A stretch of 47,567 nt of DNA from a virus (Duplodnaviria; Heunggongvirae; Uroviricota; Caudoviricetes), in the IMG/VR virus record IMGVR_UViG_2913112809_000003; one strand, 5' to 3'. Every line of letters begins with the position of its first letter. Positions within the stretch are counted from its first letter, which is position 1. The position numbers and the translations under genes are program-made. Below the pieces are notes generated by a model. That model saw nothing but the letters and a program-made list of their open reading frames with translations, made no database searches and was not told the DNA's origin. This document shows positions 19,397 through 28,649 of this stretch, in pieces.

Positions 19397-20954
19397 CTTT
19401 TTCTCCCGTTGTCTGTCGGATCTGCTGCTGAAACGTATCCTTTATCCAGATGGGGCGGGGAAGACCAGCCGACTGTCGCTCCTGGCTTTCACGCAGTTGC
19501 TGGCGGAATATTTCCTGATAGTCATCGCCCATCAGGGCCAGCTCCTTCTCGTATGTGCTTAAACCACCTTCAATACGCATCACCGCTTCCTGCACTTCCT
19601 TAAGGCCATCAATCGCCATGCGACCGGCACCAATCCACTCGGCACGACACCATCCGGAACGGGCCTCCCAGAATGAAAAACGGGATTTCGGCGGGCGGAT
19701 CACACCGCGAATAAGGGCTTCCTCCAGCCAGCAGGCAAACATCTGTGATGCCAGTCGGCTGGCCACAAATTTTCGTTTCCCCATAAAATACCGCCATGAT
19801 TCATTGGCGGATGCCCTGGCGCTGGAATAACTGACCTGTGAATAATCACGGGAAAGCTGTTCATAGGACACGCCAAGTCCGGCAGCGATGTAACGTAACA
19901 GCGCCTTTTCCAGTTCAGAGAAACCATTATCTGCATTTTGCGCTGTCTGCAGATTCAGTGAATCCCCCGGATAAAGGTGCGGAATACGTACCCCGCCCAG
20001 TTTTACCGTATTGGTAGCGTAATAACGTGCATAGCCTTTCATGATGGTGTTCAGGGGGTTTTTACCGCCATCTCCCACCCCGGCGATATATTCAAATGCT
20101 TTTTCCGAATCCAGTGTGGATTCAATCGTCGCGGCATACATCGCCCGCACCACCGCCGACTGCAGTTGCGTAGCCTGCAGTGTGTCGAGCATCTTGAGAC
20201 GCTCCATGACAGAATAAAACTGGTTGGCCCCGCGCGTCTGCCCGTCCTCCTGCGGCTGAAACACATGGATCATTCCTGGTCGCCCGGAGGGCAGCGTCGC
20301 CGCAATCCGCGTCCAGTTGCTGACACCGTAACCGGGCCAGTCATCTTCCTGAACATGGTAGGCCAGTGCTTTTCCGTACCGGTTGATTTCCACCCCGGCA
20401 CGCATAAAACGATCGCCGGTACCATAACCGGGTGTACTGACACGTTTCGGGCTGATGGTCTTGAATTTCGTCCGGAATAATGACGTGGATTCCGTATCCC
20501 ATACGGGCTGGACAAAAATTTCACCGTTAAACGTATGAACGCCCACCCCTTCACGAATAAATTCGGTAAACGAGCGACGCCCCTCCACATCCATCGAACC
20601 AAACACAGGATCGCAATATTCCATCCACGCCGCCTCCACATCTTCAATAAAGGCATGCGAATCTGCTTCCGACATCCCCAGCCAGCGCCAGTTGGGCCGG
20701 TAACTCAGGCGAAACATGTGCCCGACGATATGGTCTTTATGAATTTCAACGGCGTTTGCGGCAATACCGTTATTGCGGACCAGATCATCCGCACGGGCGT
20801 TACCCAGCTGAATGGAAGGCAGCAGCGCCACATCCGCACTTTCCGGTGCAGGCAGCCATTCCGCAAGCTGCCCGCCAAATCCGGTACCACCTCCGGAATA
20901 CCCCATACTCTGCCGCAGAGGCTGCCCGTGAAGATCCACCAGTTCCCCGTTCAC
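19383..20954 (-). CDS. portal protein (lambda gpB-like)
   Basis: 523-aa ORF with long matches to lambda gpB as recalled, for example GQTRGAN.FYSVME, LRYIAAGLGVSYEQLSR and SGRMAIDGLKEVQEAVM. Confidence 0.9.
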   Translation of the reverse strand: MNGELVDLHGQPLRQSMGYSGGGTGFGGQLAEWLPAPESADVALLPSIQLGNARADDLVRNNGIAANAVEIHKDHIVGHMFRLSYRPNWRWLGMSEADSHAFIEDVEAAWMEYCDPVFGSMDVEGRRSFTEFIREGVGVHTFNGEIFVQPVWDTESTSLFRTKFKTISPKRVSTPGYGTGDRFMRAGVEINRYGKALAYHVQEDDWPGYGVSNWTRIAATLPSGRPGMIHVFQPQEDGQTRGANQFYSVMERLKMLDTLQATQLQSAVVRAMYAATIESTLDSEKAFEYIAGVGDGGKNPLNTIMKGYARYYATNTVKLGGVRIPHLYPGDSLNLQTAQNADNGFSELEKALLRYIAAGLGVSYEQLSRDYSQVSYSSARASANESWRYFMGKRKFVASRLASQMFACWLEEALIRGVIRPPKSRFSFWEARSGWCRAEWIGAGRMAIDGLKEVQEAVMRIEGGLSTYEKELALMGDDYQEIFRQQLRESQERQSAGLPRPIWIKDTFQQQIRQTTGEKGDAS

Positions 20955-21160
20955 AGCCCCACTCCTGCCGGGCCGCGACGCCGTCCGGATACGCCCAGCG
21001 CACTCTCCAGCTCTTCAATATACTGGCGTAATTCACCAAGCGTCGCCCGTGAATACTGAACCTGACGCCCGTTCTTGCTGACAGAAACCACTGCACGTCC
21101 AATCATCAGTTCATGTAATGCCCGGCGGGCATCACAGAGCATTTCATGTGTATAAACCAT
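20951..21160 (-). CDS. head-tail joining protein (lambda gpW-like)
   Basis: 69-aa ORF between the terminase large subunit and portal genes. Confidence 0.8.
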   Translation of the reverse strand: MVYTHEMLCDARRALHELMIGRAVVSVSKNGRQVQYSRATLGELRQYIEELESALGVSGRRRGPAGVGL

Positions 21161-21163
21161 CTT

Positions 21164-23080
21164 TTATCCTCCACTCAGCGCAGCCGCGATTTCTTCCAAG
21201 CTCATCTCATCATCGTCCTGCTCATCTCTTCTGGCACGGGCCAGTGCTTCAAGATCCAGTTGCCACCGCTGAACTGAAATACGCAGGGCAGCATAGGCAT
21301 ATACCAGGCAGTCGAGGGCTTCATTGCGTCGCCCTTTTTTATCCCACAGCAGTTTCACCCTGCCGTTAACCACCTTCTCCACCAGCTCTTCTGCCACAAT
21401 CTGGCGCGCCTCTTCTTCCGAAAAGATGTCCGGATTATCCGGAAAACGGAAGACATACGGAGCGGCTTCACTGGCAGATACCACCGGCAGGGCAAAACGG
21501 GCATACAACATTTCCTTGACAGTATCGGAGCCCACCTCACACAAAAACACACCACGCTGGTTGCGCTGTTTGGGCATGGTGATCACCGGCTTGCCGTACA
21601 CCGACGCCCCTTTAATAGGAAGCACAAAAAAAGTGCCATGTTTTCTGGAACGTTGATACACAATATCCTGGTCGATACCACCGGTATCCCAGCAGACACG
21701 GGAAATGGAAATTTCAGTGCCGTCAGCATGGCGATATTTTTTTCGGATCACTGCATCAACACGTTTAAGGGTGTCCTCGTCTTCCGGTCGCCCCATAATA
21801 ATTTGTTTATCAATCAGAAAGGCTTCTTCGCCGGGAGCCCAGCCCCAGACATAAATTTCATAGCGATCTTTCTGGGAGTCGATCCCGGCGGTCAGGTAAA
21901 CCACCCGCAGGGGAACCTGCGCGCCATAGTGACAGACTTTTTCCAGCAATAACTCGAAACTCAGCTTTTCTGCCACAGCCTCTTCATAGGGTTCTCCGAG
22001 CGTGGTGTTAATAAACGTCTTGACGCCGTTCGGATCCTTCAGCGCATCCAGCCAGTCATAAACAATCTGTACCCAGGTGGTGAACGGACTATAGGCCGTC
22101 CAGATGTGGAAAGTGACGGAGCGCGGTGGCGGCATCTCCTCACCACCGACGCTGAAAAATGCCAAACCGTCACGCGTCCACATCCCTGTGTTGTCACAAA
22201 TCCACCGCCCGTCGGTCTGGTCAAGATCAGACTGACGGACCACACAACCATTATGTTCACACAGGTAATACACCGTTTCTGGTTTACCCTTCTCCCATTT
22301 CAGGCCAAACGGCGTCGCATCATCGCCAAACTTCAGATACTGGGCCTCCCCGCAATGTGGGCAATGGACATAAAACCGCATGAAATGCGCAGATTCATTC
22401 GCGGCTTTTTCAATCTGACAGGAACCTTTAATTTTTGGCGTTGAGCCGCGTATGGATTTAGGCCATACCGAACCTTCGATACGTTTATCGCCAAGCAGTG
22501 TTGGCGAACCTTCTTTTTCCACATCCGGTTCAAACGAGGAGAGTTCGTCATAGCAGACCACATCCACAGATTTTTCACGGTAGTTTTTAGCTGCGGCACC
22601 ACCCAGGCACCAGAAACCCACGCCGGAGGAAAAACGCTTCAGGGTGAGTGTATTATCGCGATGCTTTCTTCCGAACCATGGAGCCAGCTCCAGCAATGCA
22701 GGGACATCCCTGATTGTTGGCTCAACATGAGATTTCATGAAATCTTCTGCCGCAGAATCTGTTGGCTGAAAAAGCAGACTGTTACGGGATTTATGCTCAA
22801 TAAAATAGGCCTCCACCCCCAACAGCATTTTGGTGTAACCAACGCGCGCCGATTTAATCAGATTAACGGTGCGGATCCGGTCATTTCCCATGCTGTTCAT
22901 AATGGCAACCTGAAACGGCAGTGTTTCCCATTGCCCGGGGGTATATGAAGATTCTTTCGGCAGATAATAATGTTGATCAGCCCACTGAACTGTCGTCAGT
23001 GGAACCGGAATATTGAGAGATAAAAGCCCTGTAGCTATCGCACCGGCTGCATTAGCTGCCTTCTGTGCGTTTGAAATCAT
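21164..23080 (-). CDS. terminase large subunit (lambda gpA-like)
   Basis: Start assigned to the ATG at 23080 preceded by AGGTGG; extensive similarity to lambda gpA as recalled ([50 protein letters not shown]). Confidence 0.95.
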   Translation of the reverse strand: MISNAQKAANAAGAIATGLLSLNIPVPLTTVQWADQHYYLPKESSYTPGQWETLPFQVAIMNSMGNDRIRTVNLIKSARVGYTKMLLGVEAYFIEHKSRNSLLFQPTDSAAEDFMKSHVEPTIRDVPALLELAPWFGRKHRDNTLTLKRFSSGVGFWCLGGAAAKNYREKSVDVVCYDELSSFEPDVEKEGSPTLLGDKRIEGSVWPKSIRGSTPKIKGSCQIEKAANESAHFMRFYVHCPHCGEAQYLKFGDDATPFGLKWEKGKPETVYYLCEHNGCVVRQSDLDQTDGRWICDNTGMWTRDGLAFFSVGGEEMPPPRSVTFHIWTAYSPFTTWVQIVYDWLDALKDPNGVKTFINTTLGEPYEEAVAEKLSFELLLEKVCHYGAQVPLRVVYLTAGIDSQKDRYEIYVWGWAPGEEAFLIDKQIIMGRPEDEDTLKRVDAVIRKKYRHADGTEISISRVCWDTGGIDQDIVYQRSRKHGTFFVLPIKGASVYGKPVITMPKQRNQRGVFLCEVGSDTVKEMLYARFALPVVSASEAAPYVFRFPDNPDIFSEEEARQIVAEELVEKVVNGRVKLLWDKKGRRNEALDCLVYAYAALRISVQRWQLDLEALARARRDEQDDDEMSLEEIAAALSGG

Positions 23081-23600
23081 CAATCCACCTGCCTGTGTTC
23101 TCACCGGCTTTAGCTGCAACGTTGGAGGCTTTTGCGATTTCAGTTTTCACCACATCAAGGTGTGAAGGTGAAATATCCGGATATTTACGCTGTAATGTCA
23201 GCGGCACACGTACAAGTATCCCCGAAATCTCCTGTGCCACACGTTGCAGAATGAAGGTAAACAATTCCGTTTCCAGCACCAGTCCTTCTTCGCGGGCATT
23301 TTTCAGCTCCTGTGCGTCAGCCTGTGCTTTGGTGAGCCGATAGCGTTCATAGTCAATGGTGCCGGGTTGTAAATCTGATTCTGCAGCCGCACGCAAATCT
23401 TCCAGTTCTTTGCGGAGCTTTTCGTTTTCGATATCTTTTTCCCGCTGCGCATACCACTCAATGGCTTCTGCAGTATTGAACATGGCCTCGATACCTTTGC
23501 CTCCCCCCGACAAAATTCTCAGCCCCTGACTTTGCCAGCCAGTGATTGTTCTGACATCGCACTCAAAAATCTCTGCCAGTTTCTTTTTGTTAACCTTCAC
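23052..23600 (-). CDS. terminase small subunit (lambda Nu1-like)
   Basis: 182-aa ORF with an N-terminus ([12 protein letters not shown]) and motifs ([34 protein letters not shown]) closely matching lambda Nu1 as recalled; overlaps the large subunit start. Confidence 0.9.
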   Translation of the reverse strand: MKVNKKKLAEIFECDVRTITGWQSQGLRILSGGGKGIEAMFNTAEAIEWYAQREKDIENEKLRKELEDLRAAAESDLQPGTIDYERYRLTKAQADAQELKNAREEGLVLETELFTFILQRVAQEISGILVRVPLTLQRKYPDISPSHLDVVKTEIAKASNVAAKAGENTGRWIDDFKRTEGS

Positions 23601-23900
23601 GGCACATATTCCTCACAAAAAGAAGAAAGGATCTCAAAACGCTTTTTCCAGCGAAAAATCACCGCTGCCAGATCCTTTCTTTTTTTCAAGAAAACTATAT
23701 TAAACAACAGATTAGCCAGAAGAAGAACGGATCTGCTTTTTCCCTGAAAATTTTCATAAATAGCGCGTTTTTGCGCGTCCCATGACCCCCGGTGTTTCAG
23801 ATTCTGGAAAGGACCCGGGGAAATGGGAGTAATTATCATTTACACACACTCCAACACCTGCATTATCGCAGCCCCTCGCTGAAGGGCTGCTGTAATGCCT
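23601..23900. other. putative cos packaging region
   Basis: ORF-poor, AT-rich 300 bp directly upstream of the Nu1-like gene; contains the repeated element AGAAGAA(A/C)GGATC and an inverted repeat GAAAGGATC/GATCCTTTC. Confidence 0.35.
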
Positions 23901-23901
23901 G

Positions 23902-24202
23902 TTACTCAGTAACGACTGCGCCTTCCGGCAATTTCATGCAGGCAAATACCGGACAACCTGGATGGCGATCATCTTCTGTTGCTTCCAGCATTGACTCGCC
24001 AAACCACTCCGTCGTGGCGCGACCATCAGCAGCTTTGTAGTGGAGTAAGTACTGGTTTTCACCATCCGCATACTGAGCGCGAGCTTTAACCTCCCCCCCA
24101 TTCATCACTGATGCGTACTTCCACCAGTTGTGACAGTTCAAACTTAAACGGAGCAGCATCAGCACCAATTACAATCGGTTTGTTTTCTGTTGTTTCCATC
24201 AT
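23902..24202 (-). CDS. hypothetical protein encoded in two frames that meet at a C7 tract (possible frameshift or pseudogene)
   Basis: ATG at 24202 with an AGGAGA ribosome-binding site opens a 39-codon frame that stops just after the C7 run (24093-24099); the 23902-24168 ORF continues in another frame with no ribosome-binding site of its own. Confidence 0.35.
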
Positions 24203-24373
24203 CGTCTCCTGATATCGAAGCCCGTCGCCGCACCGGGCGCTGATCAACATTTGAATATTCGTGGCGACAGAAAGAATTTATTTTATTGAGTAGCCACAAA
24301 CACAAAATTTCATGCTTTACGGGCACGGGCACACTCTTCATTTTTTAGCAAAATATTCTGCTCTTACAGGTGA

Positions 24374-24556
24374 TCAGTTCTGCATACACTGCCGGACACC
24401 GTCGACAATTTCACAGACCTGAGAAGTTGTATCGAAAAGCTGGCGCGCCTTATCCAGGCTGACGCATCCCACCAATAAAAAAGGCACCAGTATCGCTACC
24501 AGTGCCCATTTCGCCGCCGTTCGCGGCATTCTGTGTGTCCAGTGTCTTCGACTCAT
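24374..24556 (-). CDS. putative lipoprotein
   Basis: 60-aa ORF with GGTGGTGA upstream; signal peptide ending in the lipobox LLVGC. Confidence 0.6.
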   Translation of the reverse strand: MSRRHWTHRMPRTAAKWALVAILVPFLLVGCVSLDKARQLFDTTSQVCEIVDGVRQCMQN

Positions 24557-24557
24557 G

Positions 24558-24671
24558 TCACCACCAACGCACAGCCCAAATCAGAACAGCGATCGCCACA
24601 AGGCGAATTGCAAAGGCTGCAGCCCTTGTCAGATCAAGGCTCGCGGGAGTTTCAACTTCTATGCCTCTCAT
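24558..24671 (-). CDS. small membrane peptide (37 aa)
   Basis: ORF MRGIEVETPASLDLTRAAAFAIRLVAIAVLIWAVRWW with one predicted transmembrane helix; its stop lies 2 nt before the lipoprotein start. Confidence 0.3.
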   Translation of the reverse strand: MRGIEVETPASLDLTRAAAFAIRLVAIAVLIWAVRWW

Positions 24672-24794
24672 AATGGACAACCTCAAAAAGAATCTTTTAT
24701 ACTTTCCCACGAGGATTTTCTCCGTACTCACTGTTCACAATTTCCTCACCTCATGCTGTTTTGCAACTTGTTGTTCCTTTTCATGGCGTGAAAA

Positions 24795-24835
24795 CTAAAA
24801 ACCCCGGACTGTTCCAGCAGCCGGGGTTTTGTTTT
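24795..24835. terminator. bidirectional intrinsic terminator after the endolysin gene
   Basis: Perfect 6-bp GC stem CCCCGG/CCGGGG flanked by AAAA on one side and TTTTGTTTTG on the other. Confidence 0.55.
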
Positions 24836-24837
24836 GC

Positions 24838-25221
24838 TTATCGTTTCAACTGAAAGTGAGGTCCGTCTTTCAGTGTTTTCCAGTCCCCGCCCCATTCGAT
24901 GGCAGTTCCCAGCTCTGCGGCAGCCTGCTTAAATGCCTGCGCGATTTTCTCGTACAGAGGCCAGTCCCATGACACCTGGCTACCAACGTAGGCCACAACA
25001 TCCACCGCATCACCGGTCAGGTGGCGGCTGTTCATGGTCTGACTTTTTCCTTCCGCGACAAGCTGTTTCTGGCGATACTTACTGCGCAGGCCTTCCGTAA
25101 TACCAAAATCAACCTCCGTCAGCTCCAGCGCACGGCGAACGACAGCAACCAGCTGTGGTTTGATGCCCTCCAGATTTTTTTCACTGCGACGGCTGAATCT
25201 GAATTTACCCGACATACTCAC
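24838..25221 (-). CDS. endolysin, M15-type peptidoglycan peptidase
   Basis: 127-aa ORF resembling L-alanyl-D-glutamate peptidase endolysins (SRHLTGDAVDV, IEWGGDW); directly downstream of two membrane-protein genes. Confidence 0.85.
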   Translation of the reverse strand: MSMSGKFRFSRRSEKNLEGIKPQLVAVVRRALELTEVDFGITEGLRSKYRQKQLVAEGKSQTMNSRHLTGDAVDVVAYVGSQVSWDWPLYEKIAQAFKQAAAELGTAIEWGGDWKTLKDGPHFQLKR

Positions 25222-25493
25222 CTCAACAATGGAAAGATTCTTGTGACGTTCCCGCGTGCACGTATTACCAGTACGCAGAACAACAGATTAAAAAATACGT
25301 CCAACCAGCCCGTTGCTAACGGGCGACCACACAGATAGCTGAGTGGCGCAATGGCGTAAAGCAGCATCAGCAGCCAGGCCAGCCATGACATCAGCGGTTT
25401 ATGCGTGGAATCTTTACGTCGATAAAAAAAGAGCGTCAGCACGATAACCATGCATAACGCCACGTTCAGCAATCCGGGAAGGTTACTTAACAT
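25218..25493 (-). CDS. lysis-associated membrane protein (holin or antiholin candidate)
   Basis: ATG at 25493 with a GGAGG site; 91 aa with two to three hydrophobic helices; overlaps both the holin-like gene stop and the endolysin start. Confidence 0.55.
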   Translation of the reverse strand: MLSNLPGLLNVALCMVIVLTLFFYRRKDSTHKPLMSWLAWLLMLLYAIAPLSYLCGRPLATGWLDVFFNLLFCVLVIRARGNVTRIFPLLR

Positions 25494-25876
25494 TTGCCGC
25501 CTCCTCCGCCCCGCAGGCGGGAGAACAGACCGGACACCAGTGATGCAATATCCTGCTGGTGGATGAACGACAGAATCTTCACCGACACCACTGACACCAG
25601 CACTGCACACAGTGCATCCGCAGATGTACCGTCATAACCTGTTTTTGATGCAATCCAGGCTGACAGCACACGTGCTCCCAGCACGCCGACGATAAACGAC
25701 ACCAGAAAATGCGCCGCCACACGCCAGGCTGAAAGCGCCTGCGGCATCGTTGCCACAAATAACGCCCCGGCGAACGCACCAAACACAATCCCGAAATCCG
25801 TTCCGGTAAACAGCCCGAATACCGTCGCCCCACCGAGCGCCGCAGCCGTACCGGAACCGGACAAGGGTTCAGACAT
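25487..25876 (-). CDS. putative holin
   Basis: ATG at 25876 with an AGGAGA site; 129 aa, Gly/Ala-rich with several hydrophobic helices and a C-terminal Arg/Gly tail; first gene of the lysis cassette. Confidence 0.5.
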   Translation of the reverse strand: MSEPLSGSGTAAALGGATVFGLFTGTDFGIVFGAFAGALFVATMPQALSAWRVAAHFLVSFIVGVLGARVLSAWIASKTGYDGTSADALCAVLVSVVSVKILSFIHQQDIASLVSGLFSRLRGGGGGKC

Positions 25877-25888
25877 ACTTTTTCTCCT

Positions 25889-25916
25889 GTAAATAAAAAA
25901 GGGCCACCAGCGGCCC
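25889..25916 (-). terminator. intrinsic terminator about 13 nt upstream of the holin start
   Basis: Hairpin GGGCC-accagc-GGCCC followed on the minus strand by TTTTTTATTT; a second hairpin AAAGGCG/CGCCTTT lies at 25940-25963. Confidence 0.5.
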
Positions 25917-25968
25917 GTAAAAAAACAGCACCCAATCAAAGGCGCCCGCAGACGCCTTTTGTGTGGTG

Positions 25969-26121
25969 TTATTCAGATTTACGCAGTAAAGGCCGGAGCA
26001 CGACCAGCGCCATTGCCACCAGCACACCATCTGCCAGTACCGACATCAGCCGTCCGGTGAAATCCACCACCACTACCAGAAACAGCAGGATGGTAGCCAG
26101 CACAAGGCGCGCACATTTCAC
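25969..26121 (-). CDS. small hydrophobic peptide (50 aa) translationally coupled to the TerB-like gene
   Basis: GTG at 26121-26119 overlaps the TerB-like stop (TGA 26120-26118) with GGAG 8 nt upstream; encodes VKCARLVLATILLFLVVVVDFTGRLMSVLADGVLVAMALVVLRPLLRKSE. Confidence 0.35.
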   Translation of the reverse strand: MKCARLVLATILLFLVVVVDFTGRLMSVLADGVLVAMALVVLRPLLRKSE

Positions 26122-26543
26122 AGGTACTGCTCCAGCGGCAACTGCAGCGCCTGAGCAATTTTCTTGAGCTGTGTCTCCTCCTCCGGACCAATGCCATCCT
26201 GGTCAGCAATATCCAGACACAGGCACAGCACATTAACTGCGTCATCAGTACCGGCAACATCAGCCAGTTGACGAAGGGCTTCGGCATTGGCAGAACGAGG
26301 TGACGCCTCATAACGGGCGCGGATATTGGCACTCATCTGGGCAATCTCACCGGAGAACGGCGCAAAGGCAGGAAGTGCTGCAATGGTTTTCTCCAGTACC
26401 GCGATTTCTTTCGCATCACAAGTACCGTCGGCGAATGCAATGGAATACGCACCCCAGACAGTCGCCTCCACTGCATCGCGGTTCTCCATTTTCTTTACTT
26501 CAGTAATGGCTTTGCGGGTTTTCTTTTTGAAAATACCAAACAT
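26118..26543 (-). CDS. TerB-domain protein
   Basis: 141-aa ORF aligning with the TerB signature regions as recalled: AFADGTCDAKEIAVLEK and LDIADQDGIGPEEETQLKKIAQALQL. Confidence 0.75.
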   Translation of the reverse strand: MFGIFKKKTRKAITEVKKMENRDAVEATVWGAYSIAFADGTCDAKEIAVLEKTIAALPAFAPFSGEIAQMSANIRARYEASPRSANAEALRQLADVAGTDDAVNVLCLCLDIADQDGIGPEEETQLKKIAQALQLPLEQYL

Positions 26544-26723
26544 CGTGACTTTTCCTTTTAGTGGGTGAGCCTGCGCCCGGGGGTGACCAGCCCACAGAGA
26601 AAGTCACACTGACCATCCCGTAAGCTCACCCCTGAAAGGCTCTGTGGTTTTTGATGTGCGCCGGGCGTGGCGCGGAAATAAAAAAGGCCCGCCGTAGCAA
26701 GCCATGAAGAAACTGAATTCAGA

Positions 26724-26750
26724 ATAAAAAAAAACCGCCAGATATGGCGG
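26724..26750 (-). terminator. intrinsic terminator downstream of the tRNA genes
   Basis: Hairpin CCGCCA-tatc-TGGCGG followed on the minus strand by a T9 run. Confidence 0.55.
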
Positions 26751-27112
26751 TTGGTCAATGCATGAAATAAATCATTTTATTGTAATAAGAATCGAGGTGT
26801 CGGGTGCCTCCCGAAATATCCATCCCTACAACAGATATTGTGATTCCCCGCTAAACCACTATATAAACCACCCTCGCACTGAGGAACACCTCTTTAGTGT
26901 TATTTACAACACCGGGATAGTGCATCATCGGCCCTGCCAGGAAATAAAAAAATCTCCACCAATAATGCACCATTCCGTTGTTGTAAAAAAACAGCACTGT
27001 GACTACAACCGAACTCAAATCATAGCCAGAGAACAGAATGTCTTTTAAAAACAACCTGCCCCCACGTAACAAAAAATACGCCAGTGCCACGATACAATAA
27101 GGCTTGTTTCTC

Positions 27113-27192
27113 TGGAGCGGGTCGCGGGAATCGAACCCGCATCATCAGCCTAGAAGGTTGAGCTGAGGTAATAGCCATTATACGATACCCGC
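27113..27192 (-). tRNA. tRNA-like gene, 80 nt, anticodon ambiguous (best fit UCU, Arg)
   Basis: Canonical T-arm GCGGG-TTCGATT-CCCGC, acceptor stem of 6/7 pairs, encoded CCA; an anticodon loop CTTCTAG is only obtained with a mismatched stem and about 5 extra nucleotides 5' of it. Confidence 0.5.
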
Positions 27193-27195
27193 ATA

Positions 27196-27271
<76 letters not shown>

Positions 27272-27439
27272 ATTGGTTCCTCGGGGGAGCGATACCACCT
27301 TGAAGAGGAGTTCCCCTCAGAACCGCAGCGTATAATAACGAATAAAAAAAACACCTCAACTGAAATAATCCGAAAATATTCTCAGGATTAGTAATTATAT
27401 CTTTTATTTTTGCTCTGTTTAAATTTCAGAAATAAAAAA

Positions 27440-28486
27440 TTAAACACTCAAATCAATTTCATTAACAGTCTGTTTAAATCTGTTTTCCTCAAGCTCCACC
27501 CCAACCGCTTTCCTCCCCAACGACAATGCCGCTTTTATTGTTGAGCCTGAACCCATGAAAAAATCCGCAACCAAATCACCGGGGCGACTGCTGGCAGTAA
27601 TTATCTGACGCAACATATCCGCCGGTTTTTCACAGGGATGTTTGCCGGAGTAATACTGCACTGGCTTGTGCGTCCAGACATCCGTATAAGGAACGGCAGC
27701 CGATACGGAAAAATAACGCCTCAGGGATTTGTACTCCTCCAGCAGACTGACATATTGCCGGTTCAGTTCACTGTATGTGCTGACCAGCTGGTGGTGTGGC
27801 TTTTCCAGTTCACCGCGTTGATGTTTTTCTGCTGCAACACGCGCAAACAACGCCTGCAGTTTTCTGTAATCATCCTCGTTCGGTAACTGCCACTGACTGG
27901 CACCAAACCAGTGCGAAGCCATATTTTTCTTTCCGGTAACTTCCGCTATCTGTTTCGACGTTATCCCCAGTGAATCACGTGCATCACGAAAGTAAGAAAT
28001 CAGCGGGGCCATGACGTGCTGTTTAAGCTCGCGACCCTTTGTCGCGTAGCCGTCATTTTTGGGTTGATATGGTCCCTGATAATGTTCAGCAAACAGAATG
28101 CGCTCTGTTGCCGGGAAATACGCCCGCAGGCTTTCCTTATTGCACCCGTTCCAGCGTCCGGACGGTTTCGCCCAGATAATGTGGTTCAACACATTAAAAC
28201 GTTCACGCATCATGATTTCGATATCAGATGCCAGGCGATGCCCACAGAACAGGTAAAGACTTCCGGCAGGTTTCAGTACCCGCCAGAACTGCGCCAGACA
28301 CTGGTCCAGCCATTTCAGGTAATCATCGTCGCCCTTCCACTGGTTATCCCAGCCTTCGGGCTTCACTTTAAAGTATGGCGGGTCTGTGACTATCAGATCG
28401 ACAGAGTTTTCCGGTAAAGTCTGGATAAATTCCAGGCAATCAGCGTTGATTAATTCACAACTGGATATTTTTACAGTATCAACCAT
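27440..28486 (-). CDS. DNA methyltransferase (beta-class, N6-adenine or N4-cytosine), apparently orphan
   Basis: 348-aa ORF with catalytic motif DPPY near the N-terminus and the S-adenosylmethionine-binding motif FFMGSGST near the C-terminus; no adjacent restriction endonuclease gene. Confidence 0.9.
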   Translation of the reverse strand: MVDTVKISSCELINADCLEFIQTLPENSVDLIVTDPPYFKVKPEGWDNQWKGDDDYLKWLDQCLAQFWRVLKPAGSLYLFCGHRLASDIEIMMRERFNVLNHIIWAKPSGRWNGCNKESLRAYFPATERILFAEHYQGPYQPKNDGYATKGRELKQHVMAPLISYFRDARDSLGITSKQIAEVTGKKNMASHWFGASQWQLPNEDDYRKLQALFARVAAEKHQRGELEKPHHQLVSTYSELNRQYVSLLEEYKSLRRYFSVSAAVPYTDVWTHKPVQYYSGKHPCEKPADMLRQIITASSRPGDLVADFFMGSGSTIKAALSLGRKAVGVELEENRFKQTVNEIDLSV

Positions 28487-28625
28487 AGATCAATAAGCAC
28501 TTCTCTGATAGGCTCATACCGCTTTTGCGCAAAGCAGATGGGCCTGAGGTTTGCTTGTGACCCCAACGCATGAGCAGATGGCTGGCAGGTGCCGCTAACA
28601 CCCACCAGCCGCCCATTACCACAAA

Positions 28626-28649
28626 TTAAAAAACCTTCACTGCGGAAGG
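28626..28649 (-). terminator. intrinsic terminator
   Basis: Hairpin CCTTC-actgcg-GAAGG overlapping the upstream stop codon, followed on the minus strand by TTTTTTAATTT. Confidence 0.45.

Noticed and set aside
25579-26332. Alternative-frame ORFs of 118 and 117 aa overlapping the holin and TerB region
   Set aside because: Cys/Arg/Trp-rich translations out of frame with better-supported genes; the only frame kept is the 50-aa peptide with a start coupled to the TerB stop.
26851-27090. 79-aa ORF between the first tRNA and the terminator
   Set aside because: Starts at GTG with no ribosome-binding site; lies in AT-rich sequence and the Phe/Tyr/Val-rich translation looks compositional.
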